Origin: Stellaceae bacterium
Lineage (GTDB): Bacteria; Pseudomonadota; Alphaproteobacteria; ATCC43930; CGMCC-115725
Assembly (NCBI GenBank): GCA_035555315.1
Contig: DATMGU010000060.1
Coordinates: 74,612-138,611 of the forward strand
Length of the DNA stretch: 64,000 nucleotides
Direction: 5' to 3'
Part shown: positions 56,096 through 64,000 of the stretch, in pieces
Layout: the number at the start of each line of letters is the position of its first letter
How positions within the stretch are numbered: the first letter of the stretch is position 1
Notes under the pieces: generated by a model
What the model was told of the DNA's origin: nothing
The model's database searches: none
The model's input: only the letters and a program-made list of their open reading frames with translations
Made by a program: the position numbers and the translations under genes

Positions 56096-56758
56096 TCAGC
56101 TTTCGTCGCGATAGCAGGGCAGCGGCAAGATCGCATCGCCGGCCAACTCGCGGGCGACGCTATCGAGGTGCCCGGCCGGTCCGGTCAGCGATACGGATCG
56201 CGCAGCATATTGGTAAAGCCGCGCCTTTTCCAGCCGATCGCAGAATTCCGGCGCGGCGACGATCATCAGGCGTTGCACTTCCTCCACGAAAACATTGCCG
56301 CTGAGGGCCCGCAGCTTGATGTCGGAGCCCTTGAAGAAATGCAGACCGACGACGACCGCGGCTTCCGTCGATCCCGGCAGGGAGAACGGCACCATCAGCC
56401 GGCCGGTGATCAGCAGTTCCTCGCCGAGCTCGAACACCGCGGCCGAGAACACCGATGCCGGCCGTTTGATCGTCTCGTCCAGCAGCGAGTGGATGTAGCG
56501 CGCATAGATCCCGCCAAGCAGGTCATCGACCCGCATGCCGGTGGGATCCTTGTCCCAGCGCGCGACGCAGGCGGCACCCACATAGTTATAGCGCGGCGTC
56601 GGGTAGTACGAGACGACGACCATGTTCTCCAAGAGGTGCCGCGGTACTTTCGTCACATCCCCGTGCCATTCCGGCAAGGCGCGGGTGCCGCGCAGCTTGT
56701 CCCAAAAATGGATCAGGGCGATGAAATCTCGTTCGGCGAAAAAACGGTCGGCGGTCAT
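56096..56758 (-). CDS. PAS_5 (DUF1457) domain protein
   Basis: 220 aa. The sequence [34 protein letters not shown]...YNYVGAAC resembles the alphaproteobacterial PAS_5 family from memory. Confidence 0.6.
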   Translation of the reverse strand: MTADRFFAERDFIALIHFWDKLRGTRALPEWHGDVTKVPRHLLENMVVVSYYPTPRYNYVGAACVARWDKDPTGMRVDDLLGGIYARYIHSLLDETIKRPASVFSAAVFELGEELLITGRLMVPFSLPGSTEAAVVVGLHFFKGSDIKLRALSGNVFVEEVQRLMIVAAPEFCDRLEKARLYQYAARSVSLTGPAGHLDSVARELAGDAILPLPCYRDES

Positions 56759-56845
56759 TGACCGAGTGTCGCGCCGAACTCATCGGCCGACAAGCCCGAT
56801 GAGAACTCCGGTATTCGCGGCATGAATCCTCGTTGTCGAACCCGC

Positions 56846-58162
56846 TCAGGGCCCGCGCAGGGAGCCCAGGACTTGGTCGAACGTGGCGATGAACACATCC
56901 GCATTGGCCCGGGAGAACGGCAGCGGCGGGCGGATCTTCAGGATATTGGCATGTGGCCCGGCCGAGCTGATCAGGATGTGCCGGTCGCGCAGCCCGTTCA
57001 CCAGCCGCGCCGTCTCGGCCGTCGCCGGCGCGCGCGTCGAGCGGTCACTGACCAATTCGAGGCCGATGAACAGCCCGGCACCGCGCACATCGCCGATGAT
57101 CTCATGGGTCGCCCGCAGCTCGCGCAGGCCCTGTTGCAGATAGGCCCCGACATCGCGGGCATTTTCCAGCAGCCCTTCACTCTCGATCACCTCCAGCACC
57201 GCGAGGCCCACGGCGGCGGAGACCGGGTTGCCGCCGAAGGTGTTGAAGTAGCGGATCTTGCCGAACTCCTCCAACAGCACCGGCTTGGCGACCAGCCCGG
57301 CGAGCGGATGGCCATTGCCCATCGGCTTGCCCAGGCTGACCATGTCCGGCACCAGGCCATGCCGCTGGAACCCCCAGAGATGACTGCCGGTCCGGCCAAA
57401 GCCGGGCTGCACCTCGTCGGCGATGAACACGCCGCCGGCGGCGCGGATCGCCGCGACCGCCTCGGCGAGGAAGCCCGCCGGTTCGGCGAACACGCCATCG
57501 CTGGAGAAGATGGTATCGACGATCAGCGCCGCGGGCTTGATGCCATGGGCGACGAGATCGTCGATCGCCCGCTGGACATCGGCGGCGAAGACCGCGCCGA
57601 TATCCGTGCCGGCCCCGCGATAGGCATCCGGCGGCGGCACGCAGCGGACATGCCCACCCAGCGGCGCGCCGAGCGATGGCGACAGCTCGGACACGGCACT
57701 GGAATTGCCGTGGTAAGCGAGCTTGGTGACGATGAAGCCGGTGCCGCCGGTATGCGCCCGGGCGATGCGCAAAGCGAGGTCGTTGGCCTCGCTACCAGTG
57801 CAGGTGAACATGACATGGCCGAGCTCGGCCGGAAATGTCGCCAGCAGCTTCTCGGCATAGTCGAGAACGATGTCGTCCAGGTAGCGCGTATGGGTGTTGA
57901 GGACCGCCGCCTGCCGCGCCAAGGCCGCCACGACATGGGGATGGCAATGACCGACGCTGGGCACATTGTTGTAGACGTCGAGGTACCGGGTGCCGTCGGC
58001 ATCGATGAGCCAGACGCCCTCGCCACGCACCGGGTGGATCGGGGTCTCGTAGAACAGCCGATAGGCCGGTCCCAGCAGGCGCTGGCGGCGGGCGATCAAG
58101 TCCCGCTCACGGGCCGGCAGGCCGGACGATTTGCCCGGCTGGTAGGCGTTCGGCATGGACAA
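56846..58162 (-). CDS. class-III (AGXT2L/phospho-lyase-like) PLP aminotransferase family protein
   Basis: [21 protein letters not shown] and [14 protein letters not shown] closely parallel the AGXT2L1/2 phospho-lyases as remembered. The PLP lysine lies in SLGKPMGNG. Confidence 0.85.
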   Translation of the reverse strand: MSMPNAYQPGKSSGLPARERDLIARRQRLLGPAYRLFYETPIHPVRGEGVWLIDADGTRYLDVYNNVPSVGHCHPHVVAALARQAAVLNTHTRYLDDIVLDYAEKLLATFPAELGHVMFTCTGSEANDLALRIARAHTGGTGFIVTKLAYHGNSSAVSELSPSLGAPLGGHVRCVPPPDAYRGAGTDIGAVFAADVQRAIDDLVAHGIKPAALIVDTIFSSDGVFAEPAGFLAEAVAAIRAAGGVFIADEVQPGFGRTGSHLWGFQRHGLVPDMVSLGKPMGNGHPLAGLVAKPVLLEEFGKIRYFNTFGGNPVSAAVGLAVLEVIESEGLLENARDVGAYLQQGLRELRATHEIIGDVRGAGLFIGLELVSDRSTRAPATAETARLVNGLRDRHILISSAGPHANILKIRPPLPFSRANADVFIATFDQVLGSLRGP

Positions 58163-58167
58163 GATCG

Positions 58168-59310
58168 CTACTCCGAAACGGGGTTGGAGAGATATCGCTC
58201 AAGGGTCTCGCGCGCGACATCGCGTGGGATCGCGGCCACCTTGTCGAGGGCGGCCCAGGCGGCGGGGGAATTGCGCAGGATATAGTCGCGGTTTTCCCGG
58301 TAGCGGACCGCGCGCCAGCCGGAGATCGCGACCGACATGACCAGGCGGGTGGCGATCAGATCGAACAGCAAGGCGATCTCGACCGGCCGAAGCGGCACGA
58401 CCGCGTGATAGGCGGCGGCGAGTTCCGCCACCGCCGTCAAGGGATCGACATCCGCGGCCAATTGATAGGCCGAGGCGACCGCGAGATCATGGATCAACGG
58501 CGCCTGCACCATATCGCCGAAATCAATCACCCCGACCACCCGATCGCGGTCGGCGGGATCGACCAGGACATTGGTCGGGTTGAAGTCGTTGTGGATGACC
58601 TGTGCCCGCAAGCCCGGCATGGCGGGCAGGGCATGCGCCTCGAACCGGTCGAGCACGCGATGCGCCAGAGCCTGCCCGGACGCGGCCTCGATATGCGGCA
58701 CCAGATCGCGCACCCGACTCGCGTGCTTCAGATCCCACAGCAGCTCATACCCCGCCGCCGGATGCGAGAAGTCGCGCAGCGCCAGACCCAATTGGGCGAG
58801 GCAGCGGCCGACACTGCGCCGGCGGGCCGCCGTCCGGTCTTGCCGGGGCAGCGGCTCGCCATCGAGATAGGACAGCAGGCGGACCACCCGCCGATCGCCC
58901 TCGCCGATCGTGACGACCACCTGCGCCGCACCGTCCAGCGCGCGGCGGACCCGCGGCACCGGCAGGCTGGGATCGACGGCGGCGATATGCAGCAGCGCCC
59001 GGGTCTGGAAATCGGTCACCGCCGGATCTTCCGCCGGGTTGGCGACTTTCAGCACATAGGTCGTGCCGTCCGCCGCCGACAGCCGGAAATTCTGGTCCCG
59101 TTCGCTGGCCAGCGACCGCGCCGTGCCCGCGACGCCGAAATAGCGCCGCGCCAGACCCTCCGCATCGGCGTCCGCGATCTGGGGTGCCGTCGTCGTCAGC
59201 ACGTCTGTCAGGCTGGCCGGGGTCAAGCTAGCCGGGGTCAAACTGGCTGGGGTGTTCCCGCCGAGTTGTCCTGCGTCCCCGGTGTTTTCCTGTGGACTGC
59301 TCATCGTCAT
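58168..59310 (-). CDS. APH-fold phosphotransferase (hydroxylysine-kinase-like)
   Basis: The catalytic loop VIHNDFNPTNVLV and the metal-binding IDFGD are present. A (PASLT)x3 repeat sits at the N-terminus. The stop lies 5 nt upstream of the aminotransferase start. Confidence 0.8.
   Translation of the reverse strand: MTMSSPQENTGDAGQLGGNTPASLTPASLTPASLTDVLTTTAPQIADADAEGLARRYFGVAGTARSLASERDQNFRLSAADGTTYVLKVANPAEDPAVTDFQTRALLHIAAVDPSLPVPRVRRALDGAAQVVVTIGEGDRRVVRLLSYLDGEPLPRQDRTAARRRSVGRCLAQLGLALRDFSHPAAGYELLWDLKHASRVRDLVPHIEAASGQALAHRVLDRFEAHALPAMPGLRAQVIHNDFNPTNVLVDPADRDRVVGVIDFGDMVQAPLIHDLAVASAYQLAADVDPLTAVAELAAAYHAVVPLRPVEIALLFDLIATRLVMSVAISGWRAVRYRENRDYILRNSPAAWAALDKVAAIPRDVARETLERYLSNPVSE
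59207..59251 (-). repeat. 15-bp in-frame tandem repeat x3 encoding (PASLT)3
   Basis: The plus-strand units are gtcaggctggccggg, gtcaagctagccggg and gtcaaactggctggg, within the kinase N-terminus. Confidence 0.9.
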
Positions 59311-59594
59311 ACCGGGTGTCGTTCCCTCGTTGATCCCAAGCCTTGAGCCGGCCGTCGCCCGGCGCGGATTTCGGCCGCGCCGACTCGTCCCGCGCGATTT
59401 TCTTTTAGACGATATTCTTCCTAAAAGCCGCTCGATAAAAGCCGCGTCGCCGCGCGAAGCGCAGGGAGTCTGGGCGTCGGCCCCCCGCTGAAGGGCTAAC
59501 CGGACGGAAGCCCATGTTTCCAGAAAATCTCCCAGCTTCAGCCAGGAGGAGATGTTAAGTATGCATGGGCCTTGCCATACCAGGATCGCAGCGA

Positions 59595-60620
59595 ATGGTC
59601 CCCACGAGACAAACCGTCAACATTCGCCATGTCGCCCACAAAGCCGGTGTTTCGCTCGGCACCGTGTCGCGTGTCCTCAACGATCACCCCTCGGTAACGG
59701 ACAGCCTGAGGCAGCGCGTCAGGGACGCGATCCAAGAGTTGAAATACCGCCCGCATGCCGTTGCCCAAAGCCTGCGCCGGGGCACGAACCGAATGATCGG
59801 TGTCGTCATCCCTGACCTCAGGAACCCGTTCTTCGCCGATCTCATGCAGAATATCGAGATCAGCGCTCGGATGCTCGGCTATAGCGTTCTCTTCATCAGT
59901 TCCGACGAAGACGCAACGACGGAAGTCCAGGCGATAGAGACTCTGGCCAGTCGCAAGGTCGACGGCGTCATCTTTCTACCAAGCAACGATGTGCACGTTC
60001 TCCCTCGTACCGTGCCACTCCCCATCGTGGTCATCGATCGCCCCCTCGACGCTCACTACTTCGTCGGCGCCGATCATCGCGCCGGAGCGCGCATGGCCGC
60101 CGACTATCTGGTGTCACTCGGGCATCGAAGGATCGCCTGCATTTCGGGCCCGGCCGATTCAAGCGTCGCTCAGGCCCGCTTAGCCGGCTTCCTTGATGTC
60201 ATGACACCGCATTTCGAGGCCGCGGAACTGCCTATGTCGCGCTATGTCGTTCACGGGGACTTCGACTACGTGAGCGGCAGAGAAGCGGCCACGACGCTGT
60301 TCCGCATCTGTACGCCGGCACCGACGGCCCTCTTCGCTTGCTCCGATCAGCAGGCGATCGGCGCCCTCAGAGCGGCGGCCGACCACGGCATCGCCGTGCC
60401 TCGAGACCTTTCTATTGTCGGCTTCGATGGCATTCTGGTGGCTGATCTCGTCACACCTCGACTGACAACGGTGCATCAGCCGGTGGCACAACTGGCCGAT
60501 GCGGCGATCACCATGCTCCTTGAGCAAGCGACGCACGCGCAATCTCCAATCTCGCGGCTGTTTGCTTGCGATCTGGTCGTGCGCGAGTCCTGCGCTCCTC
60601 CGGCGGACCACCCGTGTTGA
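59595..60620 (+). CDS. LacI family transcriptional regulator
   Basis: The HTH is NIRHVAHKAGVSLGTVSRVLN, followed by a periplasmic-binding-protein-like effector domain. The start is taken at ATG 59595. Confidence 0.9.
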   Translation: MVPTRQTVNIRHVAHKAGVSLGTVSRVLNDHPSVTDSLRQRVRDAIQELKYRPHAVAQSLRRGTNRMIGVVIPDLRNPFFADLMQNIEISARMLGYSVLFISSDEDATTEVQAIETLASRKVDGVIFLPSNDVHVLPRTVPLPIVVIDRPLDAHYFVGADHRAGARMAADYLVSLGHRRIACISGPADSSVAQARLAGFLDVMTPHFEAAELPMSRYVVHGDFDYVSGREAATTLFRICTPAPTALFACSDQQAIGALRAAADHGIAVPRDLSIVGFDGILVADLVTPRLTTVHQPVAQLADAAITMLLEQATHAQSPISRLFACDLVVRESCAPPADHPC

Positions 60621-60650
60621 AACCCTAAGGGTTGTGTGATAGCCATAGCG

Positions 60651-60664
60651 TGGAAACGTTTCAT
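60651..60664. promoter_or_regulatory. LacI-family operator candidate TGGAAACGTTTCAT
   Basis: It contains the perfect palindrome GAAACGTTTC and matches 12 of 14 positions of the generic LacI/PurR box TGNAANCGNTTNCA. It lies 53 nt upstream of the SBP ATG at 60717. Confidence 0.55.
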
Positions 60665-60716
60665 CGACGCCCAATCCTCGAATGATGGGCCAAAAAAACC
60701 AACAGGGAGGAAATCC

Positions 60717-61706
60717 ATGAGCAAGACAATCTTGCCAGCGCAGATTTCGGCCACGACGCGAGATCTGGACCGCCGCCATTTCATACTGACGACCGCAGCC
60801 GGTTCCGCACTCGCGCTGGCGACCGGGCTTCGTCCCGCGCTCGCCGCCGGCAAGCCCAAGGTGGGCCTCGTCATGAAGTCGCTCGCCAACGAGTTCTTCA
60901 AGCAGATGCAGGCCGGCGCCCAGCAATATGCGGCAAAGAATACCGACAAGTTCTCCTTCAAGGCGGTCGGCATGAAGGACGAGCGCGATTTCGCCGCCCA
61001 GGTGGACGCGGTGGAGAACTTCGTCACTCAGAAATACGACATCATCGTCATCGCCCCGGCCGATTCGAAGGCCATGGTGACGCCGCTCGCCAAGGCGGTG
61101 AAGGCAGGCGTGGCGGTGATCAATATCGACGTCGAGCTCGATCACGACGCGAAGAAGGCGGTCGGCATCGATCTCGCGTTCTTCGGTCCGGACAATCGGA
61201 CCGGCGCGAAGCTCGCGGGCGACGCGCTCGCCAAAAACCTCGGCACCGGTGGCAAGGTCGTGATCCTGGAGGGCAACCCGGAGGCCGACAACGGGCAACA
61301 GCGCAAGAAGGGCTTCATGGACTCGATCGCCGAAGGCAAGCTGCAGCTGCTCGACAGCAAGACCGCGCATTGGGAGACCGAGGAAGCCAATACGCTCATG
61401 ACCAACTTCCTGACCCAGTTCCACGACATTCAGGGCGTCATGGCGGCCAATGACTCGATGGCGCTCGGCGTCGTCAAGGCGCTCGACGCGGCGGGCAAGA
61501 GCGGGCAGATCAAGGTCATCGGCTTCGACAACATCCCGGCGGTCAAGCCGCTCGTGAAGTCCGGAAAAATGTTGGCGACGGTCGAGCAGTACGGCGCGCA
61601 GATGGCTGCCATGGGCATCGACTATGGCCTGCGCCAACTTGCCGGCGAGAAGTTCACCGGTTGGGTCAAGACCGATATCAAACTCATCACGGCCAAGGAC
61701 GTCTGA
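60717..61706 (+). CDS. sugar ABC transporter substrate-binding protein (RbsB-like)
   Basis: The ATG at 60717 follows a GGGAGG Shine-Dalgarno. A Tat-like signal (RRHFILTTAAG) is present. The sequence KVGLVMKSLANEFFKQMQAGA is typical of ribose-type SBPs. Confidence 0.85.
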   Translation: MSKTILPAQISATTRDLDRRHFILTTAAGSALALATGLRPALAAGKPKVGLVMKSLANEFFKQMQAGAQQYAAKNTDKFSFKAVGMKDERDFAAQVDAVENFVTQKYDIIVIAPADSKAMVTPLAKAVKAGVAVINIDVELDHDAKKAVGIDLAFFGPDNRTGAKLAGDALAKNLGTGGKVVILEGNPEADNGQQRKKGFMDSIAEGKLQLLDSKTAHWETEEANTLMTNFLTQFHDIQGVMAANDSMALGVVKALDAAGKSGQIKVIGFDNIPAVKPLVKSGKMLATVEQYGAQMAAMGIDYGLRQLAGEKFTGWVKTDIKLITAKDV

Positions 61707-61785
61707 CGCCGTCGCCGAGCCTGTTCATCCTGGTCGGCGAGGTGCTGGCAACAGCTTGCACCTCGCCCCTTCGAGATAGCGCCGG

Positions 61786-63277
<1,492 letters not shown>

Positions 63278-63294
<17 letters not shown>

Positions 63295-64000
63295 AGACGA
63301 ACGCGTCGGACGGTCCAGTGCGCTCTGGGACGATCTCCTGCGCATTTCGATGCGCGAGGGCGGGGTCGCGGCGGCCTTGGTCTTGATCGTGCTGTTCTTC
63401 TCGGTGACCGCGCCCTATTTCGCGACGCCGGAGAATTTCCTCAAGATTTTCGTCCAAATCGCGATCAACACCGTTCTGGCGTCGGGCTTGACCTTCGTAA
63501 TCTTGATCGGTGGCATCGATTTGTCCGTGGGCTCGGTCCTGGCCCTCTGTACCGTCGTTGGCGCCACGATCATGACGGACGAGCATCTGTCGCCGGCCGC
63601 GTCCATTCCCCTGGCGCTCGCCGCCTGCATGGGGTTGGGCGCCGGATGCGGTGCGCTCAACGGGTGGATCTGCGAAAAATGGAAGGTCCCTTCGTTCATC
63701 GTCACGCTCGGCATGCTCAACGCCGCGAGCGGTGTGGCCCGTGTCGTCAGCGACAATTCGACCATCACCGGCCTGCCGCAGCCGTTCATCGACTTCGGCA
63801 ATACGATCATCTGGGACGTCTTGCCGTCGATCTTTCTGATTGCCCTCGCTGTTGTTTTGATCGGCTGGTTCGTACTGCGCTTCACGGTGTTCGGCCGCTA
63901 TATCTTCGCGATCGGCACGAATGAAGAAGCGGTCCGCCTGTCGGGCCATACGCCGAAGATCTACAAAATCGCCGCCTTTACCATCAGCGGGCTGACCGCC
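63278..64000 (+). CDS. sugar ABC transporter permease (RbsC-like), truncated by the window edge
   Basis: The frame is open to the window end. The translation ...GGVAAALVLIVLFFSVTAPYFATPENFLKIFVQIAINTVLASGLTFVILIGGIDLSVGSVLAL... is typical of RbsC. The start is uncertain, either TTG 63278 or ATG 63350. Confidence 0.8.

Noticed and set aside
56822-58285. 487-aa plus-strand ORF
   Set aside because: It is antisense to the class-III aminotransferase. It has no motifs.
59360-59382. GC-rich hairpin cggcgcgg-atttcgg-ccgcgccg in the kinase/LacI divergent region, plus the nearby CTTTTAG-N12-CTAAAAG dyad (59402-59427)
   Set aside because: No gene ends upstream of it in either direction, so it is not a terminator. 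Short GC stems arise readily at this base composition. The dyad arms are short and AT-rich, so the evidence is too weak for a feature call.
60180-61637. 485-aa minus-strand ORF
   Set aside because: It is antisense to the LacI regulator and the RbsB-like SBP. It has no motifs.

Overview
This is a high-GC (by eye roughly two-thirds G+C) bacterial chromosomal segment. It is gene-dense on both strands, with about 59 protein-coding genes. I recognise no rRNA, tRNA, CRISPR array, transposase or integrase. Marker genes (gcrA, a TIGR02186-type membrane protein next to TauE, minCDE, tatA, MlaC-like, PagL-like) point to an alphaproteobacterium. The proteins feel Acetobacteraceae/Rhodospirillales-like, but that is a guess.

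Content from left to right:
- NIPSNAP protein; USP-TIGR02186-TauE operon; DUF2937 protein.
- MoxR AAA+ ATPase with a VWA partner; 3-hydroxybutyrate-oligomer hydrolase.
- LysR-divergent CitMHS + split AtuA-like operon.
- IclR-linked SDR / FAD-dehydrogenase / SDR block, with an orphan solute-binding protein and an atypical MBL-fold protein.
- gcrA.
- Arn-like undecaprenyl-phosphate aminosugar modification locus, with a lower-GC vapBC module at its convergent junction.
- 1220-aa hybrid histidine kinase with a tandem-receiver partner; HisC-like aminotransferase; solitary tatA.
- Membrane-anchored, proline-rich, apparently degenerate SNase-like protein; minCDE.
- IclR-controlled benzoylformate decarboxylase / aldehyde dehydrogenase / MFS / NTF2-like cluster.
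- MlaC-like protein; proline iminopeptidase; PagL-like protein.
- Hydantoin/allantoin-type racemase + Pot-type ABC importer + PuuE-like deacetylase cluster.
- FUSC-family protein; MCP preceded by a PAS_5 protein.
- APH-type kinase + class-III aminotransferase (phospho-lyase-like) pair.
- LacI-controlled ribose-type ABC importer that runs off the right edge.

Many long antisense ORFs in the track are GC-bias artefacts.

I do not see a clear-cut new defence or mobile system. The most promising poorly understood modules are the CitMHS/AtuA-like operon, the methyltransferase-containing Arn-like locus, the racemase/ABC/PuuE-like cluster and the kinase/phospho-lyase pair. Several non-coding repeat and dyad elements are also unexplained: tandem repeats at 16124-16184 and 33093-33149, a shared 15-mer at 15234-15248 and 16256-16270, and paired palindromes at 37050-37065 and 37910-37933.
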